In this document: in pieces, positions 18,696 to 27,948 of the stretch
Layout: every line of letters begins with the position of its first letter
Position numbering within the stretch: the first letter of the stretch is position 1
Translations under genes and position numbers: made by a program
Notes under the pieces: model-generated
Databases searched by the model: none
What the model was told of the DNA's origin: nothing
The model's input: only the letters and a program-made list of their open reading frames with translations
From: Vibrio alginolyticus NBRC 15630 = ATCC 17749
GTDB taxonomy: Bacteria > Pseudomonadota > Gammaproteobacteria > Enterobacterales > Vibrionaceae
DNA length: 32,000 nucleotides
Direction: 5' to 3'
Assembly (NCBI RefSeq): GCF_000354175.2
Contig: NC_022349.1
Location: forward strand, 2,460,001 to 2,492,000

Positions 18696-19502
18696 CTAAA
18701 ACGCTCGATGTACTTCATCGGGCGTTTTGTATTTTAAAGCCGTATGAGGCCTCATTTGATTATAGATATCTACGGACTCTGCTACCATCGTCCTTGCTTC
18801 TTTCAGATCTTTCGGTTTCTTCAGCAAGAGCTCCATTTTGAGTATCCCATTTACACGCTCAGCTAAAGCATTCTGATAACAGTCATACCCGTCAGTCATT
18901 GAGCAAGTCACTCTATGTTTCTTATGGATATCTTGATATTCCCTCGAACAGTATTGTGAGCCTCTATCTGAGTGGTGTATTAGCTTTTCTTCACTCTGCC
19001 GTTGCCTGAGAGCTGAGATAAATGCCCGCTTAACTGATTGAGTTTTCATGTTGTCATCCACATAAAAACCAACAATCTTCCTTGAATAAGCGTCTGTAAC
19101 CAAGCTGAGATAACTCTCTCCATTTTGAGTTGGCAAGTAAGTAATATCAGCAACCCACAGTTGTTCTGGCTTCGTTGGTGTCAGCCCATCTTTCACTTTG
19201 TTTGGGTGACAGAAAAATCGATGACGGCTGTCAGTCGTTCGGTGATAGGCTCGTCTTGCTCTCACTAACAGCCGATGCTTTCTGAGAAGTTCAAAGAGCT
19301 TATCGCGACCTATTTGAATGCCCTTTGTTGCTGCTAAGAACTTCAGTTTACGCGTGCCAATGCGTGGCTGCTTCAGCCTGACTTCACGGACAAAGCCAAT
19401 GACAGCATGCTCATGATGTTCACAACGAGATTGAGTTTGGCATTGCTTATAATAAGCTTGGCGAGAGATTTGTACTAACTGACAAAACTTCGTAACGCTC
19501 AA
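18696..19502 (-). CDS. IS3-family transposase OrfB (DDE/RNase-H-fold catalytic domain), probably made as an OrfAB fusion by -1 frameshifting
   Basis: DDE candidates are WVADITYL, HHSDRGSQY and NALAERVNGILK. The frame is -1 relative to orfA and stays open from the slippery site into orfB. Confidence 0.85.
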   Translation of the reverse strand: MSVTKFCQLVQISRQAYYKQCQTQSRCEHHEHAVIGFVREVRLKQPRIGTRKLKFLAATKGIQIGRDKLFELLRKHRLLVRARRAYHRTTDSRHRFFCHPNKVKDGLTPTKPEQLWVADITYLPTQNGESYLSLVTDAYSRKIVGFYVDDNMKTQSVKRAFISALRQRQSEEKLIHHSDRGSQYCSREYQDIHKKHRVTCSMTDGYDCYQNALAERVNGILKMELLLKKPKDLKEARTMVAESVDIYNQMRPHTALKYKTPDEVHRAF

Positions 19503-19504
19503 AC

Positions 19505-19900
19505 CTACAATGGTTTTCTCTTGGACAACGCTTCTTTGTGCTTTTTTGTCACTCTAACACCATAGTCACGTTCCATAACGTTCACGACAGCTTCAAAGAA
19601 GTCGGCTTTGAGTTGAGCATCTTCGAGCTGCTTCTCAAGCTCTTTAATACGTTGCTCTGGTGTAGGAGGTAAATTGAACTCGGCCATAGAGTCTCCTTTG
19701 GACATAAAGTTAGGTGTCCCTTTAGACCAATCTAGTCGACCATGCTTACGAAGCCAAACCAAAACCGTAGAGCAACCTTGGATGCCATACTTCTCTTGGG
19801 CTTGTTTGTAAGTGAGGCTTCCTTTTTCAACCTCATCAACTACAGTGAGTTTAAAAGCGAGGGAGTAATCGCGCTGAGTTCTTTTAGTTGTTGATTTCAT
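19505..19900 (-). CDS. IS3-family transposase OrfA (HTH DNA-binding part)
   Basis: ATG 19900 (MKSTTKRTQRDYSLAFKL...) with GGAGAG SD, inside the IS. It has a leucine-zipper-like C-terminal helix. The ORF-track start 19975 lies outside the IS end, so I rejected it. Confidence 0.85.
   Translation of the reverse strand: MKSTTKRTQRDYSLAFKLTVVDEVEKGSLTYKQAQEKYGIQGCSTVLVWLRKHGRLDWSKGTPNFMSKGDSMAEFNLPPTPEQRIKELEKQLEDAQLKADFFEAVVNVMERDYGVRVTKKHKEALSKRKPL
19542..19548 (-). other. programmed -1 ribosomal frameshift heptamer A AAA AAG
   Basis: The minus strand reads GTG ACA AAA AAG CAC in the orfA frame. The -1 frame from this point (KKAQRSVVQEKTIVGLSVTKFCQLV...) runs without stops into orfB. Confidence 0.7.
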
Positions 19901-19963
19901 AACACTCTCCAATTTTTTTGGGGGGAAAGTGTCAACCTTATTTAGGACGGCACATAGATGTGA

Positions 19964-19992
19964 AAAGCGGCTCAATTGAGCCGCTTTTTTTT
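19964..19992. terminator. bidirectional rho-independent terminator, presumably the original tatC terminator now displaced by the IS
   Basis: AAAAGCGGCTCAATTGAGCCGCTTTTTTTT: a perfect GCGGCTCA/TGAGCCGC stem with an A-run before it and a T8 run after it. Confidence 0.75.
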
Positions 19993-20016
19993 GCGGTTGG
20001 TTTTTTCTTGGGCTAA

Positions 20017-20151
20017 TTACTTAACTTTCATGACGTAACCACATTTTGTGCATACGTATACTTCCTTGATGCCCAGCAGCTTTTGAAAAAAACTGCGCGG
20101 TACGCGTTGTAAGTAAGCACCATGTGTACACACTTCAACTTCCATATTCAT
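20017..20151 (-). CDS. possible small zinc-ribbon-like protein, 44 aa
   Basis: My own translation gives MNMEVEVCTHGAYLQRVPRSFFQKLLGIKEVYVCTKCGYVMKVK (C-x-H ... C-x2-C). It ends 24 nt before the bidirectional terminator. No convincing SD. Confidence 0.3.
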   Translation of the reverse strand: MNMEVEVCTHGAYLQRVPRSFFQKLLGIKEVYVCTKCGYVMKVK

Positions 20152-20362
20152 GCTGTTTTACATTTGTGCTAATTAATGGGCGTAAATCAGTATAGAAAAA
20201 TAATGTGTCGAGTTGTCGACAGTTTTGCAAAGCGGACGAAGTAAAGTGACGATATGAGAAGTAAGTAGAGTTGCTAGTTAATTATTATGTTTATCAATAA
20301 TTTTGTATGGATTGTTCTACTATTTCAACGGGTTGAATCGTTCATTCAATAGTTTAGGTGAT

Positions 20363-20394
20363 AAAAAAGCGACGTTGATTTCGTCGCTTTTTTC
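20363..20394. terminator. bidirectional rho-independent terminator downstream of the TatD-family gene
   Basis: AAAAAAGCGACG-TTGATT-TCGTCGCTTTTTT, 13 nt beyond the stop at 20407. Confidence 0.7.
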
Positions 20395-20406
20395 AATTCT
20401 CGTGAA

Positions 20407-21168
20407 TTAAATATTAAACAGCTTTTTGGCATTCTCAGTCGTTATGGCATCGATGGTTGCGATGTCGACATCACGCAAGTCGGCAACACGTTGTGCAACG
20501 AGAGAAGTGTAGGCTGGTTCATTACGTTTACCACGGTGTGGCACAGGCGCTAAATATGGACAGTCGGTTTCTAAAATGACCCACTGCATATCCAAATGTG
20601 GAATGACTTTATCCATCCCGCCATTCTTAAAGGTCGATACGCCACCCAAGCCTAAGTGGAAGCCTAGCTCATTGATTGCTTGCGCTTCTTCTAAGCTGCC
20701 TCCAAAACAGTGGAATACACCACGCAGACGACCATCTTGCTCTTGTCTTAGCAAAGTGAGTGTTTCTTCAATCGAATCACGAGTGTGGATAACGACTGGT
20801 AAGTCCATCTCTTTTGCCCAGTTAAGTTGAGCTACGAACGCCATTTCTTGCTCAGCACGATAGGTTTTATCCCAATACAGGTCGATACCGATTTCGCCCA
20901 CCGCAATAAACTTGTGTTTCTCAAACCAACCGCGGATGATCTCCAACGTTTGTTCAACATTGCTGTCCACATAACAAGGGTGGAGTCCCATCATTGAGTG
21001 GCACACGTCAGGATATGCCGCTTCGGTTTGTAGCATGGGCTCAATAGAGTCCAGATCGATGTTTGGCAACAGGATTTTATTAATGCCTTGCGTTAAGGCG
21101 CGTTGTACTACTTCATCGCGGTCGTTATCAAATTCGCTGGCATAGATGTGCGCGTGGGTATCGATCAT
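20407..21168 (-). CDS. TatD-family metal-dependent hydrolase/DNase
   Basis: 253 aa. MIDTHAHIY... plus conserved GEIGLD-like (GEIGIDLYW), HTRD and FHCF motifs. It is on the opposite strand to tatABC, so it is not operonic tatD. Confidence 0.85.
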   Translation of the reverse strand: MIDTHAHIYASEFDNDRDEVVQRALTQGINKILLPNIDLDSIEPMLQTEAAYPDVCHSMMGLHPCYVDSNVEQTLEIIRGWFEKHKFIAVGEIGIDLYWDKTYRAEQEMAFVAQLNWAKEMDLPVVIHTRDSIEETLTLLRQEQDGRLRGVFHCFGGSLEEAQAINELGFHLGLGGVSTFKNGGMDKVIPHLDMQWVILETDCPYLAPVPHRGKRNEPAYTSLVAQRVADLRDVDIATIDAITTENAKKLFNI

Positions 21169-21316
21169 CGTTACTCTCTGTGCTTCATAGTTGGTTTCGT
21201 ATTCGAAGTATACTTGAGTGTGAGTGCTGGGTCATTTTCAGTTTTTTTCATTACCTTTTTCCAGATTGTCACTCGCAACATGCATCAAGAGTGATATGAT
21301 TTTGTTCACCAGATGA

Positions 21317-22414
<1,098 letters not shown>

Positions 22415-22463
22415 TTATCGCTCAGTGAGAAATACCAGACCAACAAGAGTTGTTCGTCTGTAT

Positions 22464-22523
22464 ATACCCAAGTAACCTCAGGCGGATTACAACAGTAACA
22501 ATCCAAGGTGCTTGGGTATTTTT
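22464..22523 (+). terminator. branched stem-loop plus T-run between hemB and the GNAT gene (possible terminator)
   Basis: ATACCCAAG (22464-22472) pairs with CTTGGGTAT (22511-22519) and encloses an inner GGATT/AATCC hairpin. Followed by TTTTATTTT. Confidence 0.35.
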
Positions 22524-22541
22524 ATTTTGGAGAAGAGAACA

Positions 22542-22976
22542 ATGACAATGCTGATTCGTGAAGGCACATTGGAAGAAGCACTTCAAGTTGTGGCGCGTGT
22601 TACCGAGTTTTCGAAAGGAGAAACGGTAGACTCCATGACTCAACGTTTAGAAGAGAAAAACAGTTTAATCCTCGTTGCAGAAAAAAATGGCACGATTGTC
22701 GGCTTCAAAATAGGTTACGAATTAGAGGATGGTGTTTTCTATAGCTGGTTAGGTGGTGTTGTCCCTGAAGCTCGAAATGAAGGCGTGGCACAGCTGCTTT
22801 TGGAAGCTCAAGAGGATTGGGTGGCAGAACAAGGCTACAACACATTAAAAGTGAAATCTCGAAACCAGTTTCCGGCTATGCTTCGCTTGTTATTGAGAAA
22901 TGGCTATATCATTGAAAAGTTTGAAGAAAAAGTAAATCTTCGAGAATCTCGAGTGCATTTCATTAAAGCAATGTGA
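22542..22976 (+). CDS. GNAT-family N-acetyltransferase
   Basis: ATG 22542 with GGAGAAG SD. 144 aa. The acetyl-CoA motif region V.PE.RN.GVA..LL is typical of GNAT. Confidence 0.75.
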   Translation: MTMLIREGTLEEALQVVARVTEFSKGETVDSMTQRLEEKNSLILVAEKNGTIVGFKIGYELEDGVFYSWLGGVVPEARNEGVAQLLLEAQEDWVAEQGYNTLKVKSRNQFPAMLRLLLRNGYIIEKFEEKVNLRESRVHFIKAM

Positions 22977-23006
22977 AAATAAATGAGATTTTTTCTCATT
23001 TAACTG

Positions 23007-23035
23007 TTGACTACGAAATGAGAATCATTATTATT
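23007..23035 (+). promoter_or_regulatory. ryhB promoter (-35 TTGACT, -10 TATTAT) overlapped by a Fur box (23014-23032)
   Basis: CGAAATGAGAATCATTATT matches the 19-bp Fur consensus GATAATGATAATCATTATC at 14 of 19 positions. The core AATGAGAATCATTAT matches 14 of 15. The box sits between and over the -35 and -10 hexamers. Confidence 0.7.
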
Positions 23036-23040
23036 AAACC

Positions 23041-23276
23041 TGTCTTAGGGAATGAGGAAAGTTCACAAGGACGTTGAGTGACTTATTAACAGAAGTTAAT
23101 TAACTGAAAGTTGAGAAGTGATGAAACATTTTTCCGAGAACTTGCACGAATTCTTTTTGACACGACATTGCTCACATTGCTTCCAGTGTAATTTATAGCT
23201 TCTTGGTTAAGCTGCTCTATTTACAGAATTTGCTTTACCACTTCTGCTAGGCGACCCCATTCGGGTCGCTTTTTTC
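23041..23276 (+). ncRNA. ryhB: RyhB iron-responsive Hfq-dependent sRNA (long Vibrio-type form)
   Basis: CACGACATTGCTCACATTGCTTCCAGT (23161-23187) is identical to the E. coli RyhB core as I remember it. There is a Fur-box promoter upstream and a GCGACCC-CATTC-GGGTCGC-TTTTTT terminator at 23251-23275. The 5' end is estimated from the -10. Confidence 0.85.
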
Positions 23277-23421
23277 TTTTCTACGATTTCTATTTGACGT
23301 CACTATTAATATCTTTTCCACATGCGATGATCATTTTAGGATCGTTGATCTTCTCGCCGTTATGCGAATTTATTATTATAAATCAATGATTTGAGTTGGT
23401 GTTTTCTTGTGTTTTTTGTTA

Positions 23422-23464
23422 TTGGATAACCAGTGGATAATTTCTATAAACAGAGTTATCCACA
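23422..23464. promoter_or_regulatory. cluster of three DnaA-box-like 9-mers upstream of polA
   Basis: TTGGATAAC (23422-23430; reverse complement GTTATCCAA), GTGGATAAT (23433-23441; reverse complement ATTATCCAC) and TTATCCACA (23456-23464; perfect consensus). The last two form an inverted pair. Confidence 0.55.
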
Positions 23465-23595
23465 GGAGGTGGTGTTTTCGTGAATAAAGTCGGAAAAATT
23501 TACGCGACCTAGATCGAGCGAACAAGATAGATTCGGATCAGCAGTCATGGCATCCTAGGCAGATCTCTCAAGTACTGAATTGGATACAGACAATT

Positions 23596-26382
23596 ATGGC
23601 AAGTATTCCTGAAAATCCGTTGATCCTTATCGACGGCTCTTCTTACCTATATCGCGCTTTTCACGCCTACCCGGGCACCATGAGCAATGGTGAAATTCCA
23701 ACTAATGCCGTTTACGGCGTCGTGAACATGTTACGCAGCATGATGCGTCAGTTTGCGTCTGAGCGCATCGCGGTGGTTTTCGATGCAAAGGGAAAAACCT
23801 TTCGTGATGATATGTATGCAGAATACAAAGCGAATCGTCCGCCAATGCCGGATGACCTGCGTTGTCAAATTGAACCATTACACAATGTTATTCGTGCAAT
23901 GGGTTTGCCGCTGATCTGTGTTCCTGGCGTCGAGGCGGATGACGTCATCGGTACGTTAGCATACCAAGCATCACAAAAGGGCATGCCTGTATTGATCAGT
24001 ACTGGTGATAAAGACATGGCGCAGCTAGTGGATGATAACATTACCTTGATCAACACCATGACGAACGTCGTAATGGATCGTGAAGGTGTGGTTGAAAAGT
24101 TTGGCATTCCACCTGAGTTGATCATCGACTACTTAGCACTGATGGGCGATAAAGTAGATAACATTCCTGGTGTACCGGGTGTCGGTGATAAAACCGCGAC
24201 CGCACTACTGCAAGGTATTGGTGGTCTGACGAAGTTGTATGAAAACCTCGATGATATTGCAGGGCTTGGTTTCCGTGGTTCTAAAACCATGGCGAAAAAG
24301 CTCATCGACAACAAAGAAAATGCCATGCTTTCGTATGAGCTCGCGACCATCAAATTGGATGTTGAGCTTGAGGAAACGCCAGAATCATTGCTGAAAGCGG
24401 AACCAAATAAAGACGAATTAGTGAAGCTGTATGGCCAACTGACGTTTAAATCTTGGTTGAATGAACTACTTGAAGGCGGTTCTGGATCTGTGGAGGCTGT
24501 AGAGCTTGCAGGATCTTCACAAGCTTCTTCTTCTCAAGCCGAGATGGAAACTTCTGCGGTAACAATCGATCGCAGCCAATATGAAACAATTCTGGATAAA
24601 GAAACCTTCAATGCTTGGCTAGATAAACTTCAAACGGCTGAGCTGTTTGCATTTGATACGGAGACCGATAACCTAGATTACATGCTAGCGAATCTAGTTG
24701 GTTTGTCATTCGCTGTCGATGAAGGTATTGCGGCTTATGTGCCAGTTGCACATGACTATTTAGATGCGCCTGAACAGCTTGATCGTGATTGGGTACTAGA
24801 ACAGCTGAAGCCAATTCTTGAAGATGCAGCGAAAGCAAAAGTCGGTCAAAACTTAAAGTATGATGCGTCTGTACTCGCTCGTTACGACATTGAGCTAAAA
24901 GGTATCAAGCACGACACGATGTTGGAATCGTATATCTACAACAGTGTCGGCGGTAAACACGATATGGACAGCTTGGCGCTTCGCTTCCTACAGCACAGCT
25001 GCATTTCTTTTGAGCAAATTGCAGGTAAAGGCAAAAATCAGCTTACGTTTAACCAAATCGAACTGGAACAAGCATCGCCATACGCGGCAGAAGATGCGGA
25101 TGTGACCCTTCGTCTGCACAATCGCTTGTTTGCTAATATCGAGCAGGATGAAAGCCTGAAGACAGTTTACGAAGAGATTGAAATGCCGTTGGTGCCAGTT
25201 CTTTCGCGCATTGAACGCACTGGGGTCTTTATCGATGAAATGAAGCTGAGTGCGCAGTCGGTCGAGATTACCGCTCGCCTTGATGAGCTTGAAAAGAAAG
25301 CGTACGAAATTGCAGAGCAAGAGTTTAACATGAACTCGCCAAAGCAATTACAAGCCATCCTATTTGAAAAAATGGGTTTACCGGTTGTGAAGAAAACGCC
25401 ATCAGGCACACCATCGACGAATGAAGAAGTTCTGCAAGAACTCGCACTAGACTACCCACTACCAAAACTGATTTTGGAATACCGTGGTCTGGCGAAGCTA
25501 AAATCAACTTACACCGACAAACTGCCGAAGATGATCAACCCATCAACGGGTCGCGTGCATACTTCTTACCACCAAGCAGTGACCGCAACGGGTCGTCTAT
25601 CTTCTACTGATCCGAACTTACAGAACATTCCAATTCGTAACGAAGCTGGCCGTCGTATTCGTCAAGCGTTTGTCGCGCCATCAGGGCATAAAATCTTAGC
25701 GGTCGACTACTCGCAAATCGAACTTCGCATCATGGCGCACCTTTCTGGTGACCAAGCGTTATTGGATGCATTCCGTGATGGCAAAGATATCCACGCGGCA
25801 ACCGCAGCAGAAATCATGGGTGTTTCTATTGAAGACGTTTCAAGTGAGCAACGTCGTCGTGCGAAAGCGGTTAATTTCGGTCTTATTTACGGCATGAGTG
25901 CGTTTGGTTTGGCGAAGCAATTAGGCATTCCTCGTGGTGAGGCTCAAGCGTACATGGATACATACTTTGAACGTTACCCAGGCGTGATGCAGTACATGGA
26001 AGACACACGCAGCACAGCAGCAGATAAAGGGTATGTTGAAACGATTTTTGGTCGACGTTTGCATTTGCCAGAAATCAAATCGCGCAACGGGATGCGTCGT
26101 AAAGCTGCTGAACGTGCGGCAATCAACGCACCAATGCAAGGTACGGCAGCGGACATCATTAAGAAAGCGATGCTGTTGGTTGATCAGTGGATTCAGGAAG
26201 AAGGCAATGGTCGTGTGAAGTTATTAATGCAAGTACACGATGAATTGGTCTTTGAAGTTGAAGAGTCATCATTGTCCGAAATTGAAAGTAAAGTACAGAA
26301 ATTGATGGAATCTGCAGCAGAGCTAAAAGTACCGTTGGTTGCAGAAGCAGGTCACGGTGATAACTGGGATCAAGCTCATTAG
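23596..26382 (+). CDS. polA: DNA polymerase I
   Basis: 928 aa. It has a 5'-nuclease N-terminus ([16 protein letters not shown]), a 3'-5' exonuclease domain (FAFDTETD), and polymerase motifs [22 protein letters not shown] and QVHDELVFE. Confidence 0.97.
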   Translation: MASIPENPLILIDGSSYLYRAFHAYPGTMSNGEIPTNAVYGVVNMLRSMMRQFASERIAVVFDAKGKTFRDDMYAEYKANRPPMPDDLRCQIEPLHNVIRAMGLPLICVPGVEADDVIGTLAYQASQKGMPVLISTGDKDMAQLVDDNITLINTMTNVVMDREGVVEKFGIPPELIIDYLALMGDKVDNIPGVPGVGDKTATALLQGIGGLTKLYENLDDIAGLGFRGSKTMAKKLIDNKENAMLSYELATIKLDVELEETPESLLKAEPNKDELVKLYGQLTFKSWLNELLEGGSGSVEAVELAGSSQASSSQAEMETSAVTIDRSQYETILDKETFNAWLDKLQTAELFAFDTETDNLDYMLANLVGLSFAVDEGIAAYVPVAHDYLDAPEQLDRDWVLEQLKPILEDAAKAKVGQNLKYDASVLARYDIELKGIKHDTMLESYIYNSVGGKHDMDSLALRFLQHSCISFEQIAGKGKNQLTFNQIELEQASPYAAEDADVTLRLHNRLFANIEQDESLKTVYEEIEMPLVPVLSRIERTGVFIDEMKLSAQSVEITARLDELEKKAYEIAEQEFNMNSPKQLQAILFEKMGLPVVKKTPSGTPSTNEEVLQELALDYPLPKLILEYRGLAKLKSTYTDKLPKMINPSTGRVHTSYHQAVTATGRLSSTDPNLQNIPIRNEAGRRIRQAFVAPSGHKILAVDYSQIELRIMAHLSGDQALLDAFRDGKDIHAATAAEIMGVSIEDVSSEQRRRAKAVNFGLIYGMSAFGLAKQLGIPRGEAQAYMDTYFERYPGVMQYMEDTRSTAADKGYVETIFGRRLHLPEIKSRNGMRRKAAERAAINAPMQGTAADIIKKAMLLVDQWIQEEGNGRVKLLMQVHDELVFEVEESSLSEIESKVQKLMESAAELKVPLVAEAGHGDNWDQAH

Positions 26383-26415
26383 TCACTTTTAGACCAAAAT
26401 AACCAATTAATTATG

Positions 26416-26444
26416 AGCCAGCGCACAAACGCTGGCTTTTTTTT
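26416..26444 (+). terminator. rho-independent terminator of polA
   Basis: AGCCAGCG-CACAAA-CGCTGGCT stem-loop followed by T8. Confidence 0.8.
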
Positions 26445-26557
26445 GAGATTAAAAAAGCTAGCGCAAAGTTAACTTTGATGTTGCTTAATAAAAATTTCAT
26501 GAAAAAAAACTACAAAAATTCTTTGCAATTCTGACCAATTGTTGTACATTAATACTC

Positions 26558-26663
26558 GTAGGGTACAGAGGTAAGATGTTCTATCTTTCAGACCTTTTGT
26601 TTCACGTTATTGGATTAGGCTGATTCAGCCGCCCCAGTCAGTTTTTGACTGGGGCGTTTTTTA
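26558..26663 (+). ncRNA. spf: Spot 42 sRNA
   Basis: GTAGGGTACAGAGGTAAGATGTTCTATCTTTCAGACCTTTT is identical to the first 41 nt of E. coli Spot 42 as I remember it. The 3' terminator CGCCCCAGTCAG-TTTT-TGACTGGGGCG-TTTTTT is conserved. The position between polA and engB is as in E. coli. Confidence 0.92.
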
Positions 26664-26987
26664 TTGGGCGAAAGAAAATTATTCTTTTGGATCAGTAGCT
26701 TAAAGTTAGCCTTCAAAAACCTTCTTTTTTGACCTTTCTAAGTCACTGCAAAATCTCGATTTTTCCTTCAAATTTATTGCGTTATTCATCCTGTAAATTT
26801 ACGTCAGTCACACTATTATTTTTTCTTGAAAGAAACTAAGTTACATCTTTTTGAAGATTTGCTTGGCTTAACTGTCTGAATTGTAACGCTATTGGGTGTT
26901 TTTGGAGTGAATGTTTGGTGATACACAGGAAACAAGAGCGCTTTTTAACCTATTGAAATCGAATCTCAGTTCAGCAATGCTTCGTCA

Positions 26988-27047
26988 CATAACAATAATT
27001 ACCAATTTTTCTCTCCCGTTATCCCTGCCAGGAAGGCGGGGATTTTT
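26988..27047 (+). ncRNA. candidate small RNA defined by an orphan terminator downstream of spf
   Basis: Terminator hairpin TCCCTGCC-AGGAA-GGCGGGGA followed by TTTTT (27022-27047), with no plus-strand ORF upstream. A possible promoter is TTGAAA (26953-26958), a 17-nt spacer, and AATGCT. The 5' end is a guess. Confidence 0.35.
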
Positions 27048-27067
27048 ATTGCCTGTTATTTAGTTCA

Positions 27068-27099
27068 GATAAACAAAAGCCCCACCAAATGGCAGGGCC
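27068..27099 (-). terminator. rho-independent terminator of engB
   Basis: The minus strand reads GCCCTGCC-ATTT-GGTGGGGC (two G-U pairs), followed by TTTTGTTTAT. Confidence 0.6.
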
Positions 27100-27129
27100 G
27101 TGTCGAAGAAATTTAACAAATATTGTTAA

Positions 27130-27789
27130 TTATTCTTCATCGCTCGCAGGTATCTCTTGTTCGTCTTCTTCTATCAGGTGTGCTAGTGCTGGTGCAAACC
27201 AGGTATCCAGTTTTGCACGTAGCTGATCGACACCTAATCCTTTCAGTGAAGAGAACACATCAACAGAAACGTCACCACCGAAAGTTTCTACTTGCTTACG
27301 AACTTTCAGTAGAGTTTGTTTGCGTGCACCACTTTTTAGTTTATCTGCTTTGGTTAGCAAAACTTGCACAGGAATGTGGCTATCGATGGCCCAGAAAATC
27401 ATTTGTTGGTCGAGATCTTTCATTGGATGACGAATGTCCATTAGAACCACTAAGCCTTTTAGGCACTCGCGTTTCTGTAGGTATTCACCCAAAGATTTCT
27501 GCCATTTGTTTTTCATCTCTACCGGTACTTGAGCAAAACCGTATCCAGGTAGATCGACAATGTGACAACCTTCTTCTACTTTGAAAAGGTTGATTAATTG
27601 CGTACGACCAGGTGTCTTTGATGTCTTGGCTAAGCTTTTTTGATTAGTTAGACGGTTAAGTGCACTCGATTTACCAGCGTTTGAGCGTCCTGCAAACGCA
27701 ATTTCGACACCTTCGTCTTCCGGCAGGTGACGAATATCGGGTGCGCTGGTGATGAAATGCGTATTTTGGTAATGAATTTTTACGCTCAC
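27130..27789 (-). CDS. engB: ribosome-biogenesis GTPase EngB (YihA/YsxC)
   Basis: The G1 region [12 protein letters not shown] and the segment [20 protein letters not shown] are near-identical to E. coli YihA. I prefer GTG 27789 ([12 protein letters not shown]..., GGAG SD), by alignment to the E. coli N-terminus. The ORF-track ATG at 27801 remains possible. Confidence 0.9.
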   Translation of the reverse strand: MSVKIHYQNTHFITSAPDIRHLPEDEGVEIAFAGRSNAGKSSALNRLTNQKSLAKTSKTPGRTQLINLFKVEEGCHIVDLPGYGFAQVPVEMKNKWQKSLGEYLQKRECLKGLVVLMDIRHPMKDLDQQMIFWAIDSHIPVQVLLTKADKLKSGARKQTLLKVRKQVETFGGDVSVDVFSSLKGLGVDQLRAKLDTWFAPALAHLIEEDEQEIPASDEE

Positions 27790-27948
27790 TGTTAACTCCA
27801 TCTCGACTTTGTGTAGTCGATTGATTACTTTTTTGTGAAAATGTGTAAAATAACCGTGCTCGGCATAAGGTCGCCTATTGTACCATGAGTGTACGCGGTA
27901 TGTTCACATTCCGTGGTACTGGAAGCTTGATAATTATAATGGAATGTC

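Larger units (their letters stand above)
18663..19954 (-). mobile_element. intact IS3-family insertion sequence, 1292 bp, flanked by a 3-bp TAG duplication
   Basis: Termini are TG...CA. The imperfect terminal inverted repeats are TGACCCGTCCTGATATGGGTTGACACTTT and TGTGCCGTCCTAAATAAGGTTGACACTTT (right end shown as reverse complement). TAG occurs at 18660-18662 and 19955-19957. The element contains orfA and orfB with a slippery heptamer. Confidence 0.9.

Noticed and set aside
19901-19975. Long form of IS orfA starting at 19975
   Set aside because: That start lies beyond the right inverted repeat (the IS ends at 19954), inside the host terminator. ATG 19900 has a GGAGAG SD.
20407-21168. Calling this gene tatD, as the fourth gene of the tat operon
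   Set aside because: It is on the opposite strand, separated from tatC by terminators. It is safer to call it a TatD-family hydrolase paralogue.
23480-23512. Ten-codon GTG-initiated mini-ORF after an AGGAGG sequence upstream of polA
   Set aside because: Too short and without any recognisable feature. The AGGAGG overlaps the DnaA-box region and is likely coincidental.
23865-26386. Numerous 60-119-aa ORFs on the minus strand, and one plus-strand out-of-frame ORF (26033..26218), within polA
   Set aside because: All are antisense or out-of-frame shadows of a 928-aa gene with full Pol I motifs.
27123-27584. ORF 27123..27584 (+), 153 aa
   Set aside because: Antisense to engB, whose identity is certain from its GTPase motifs.
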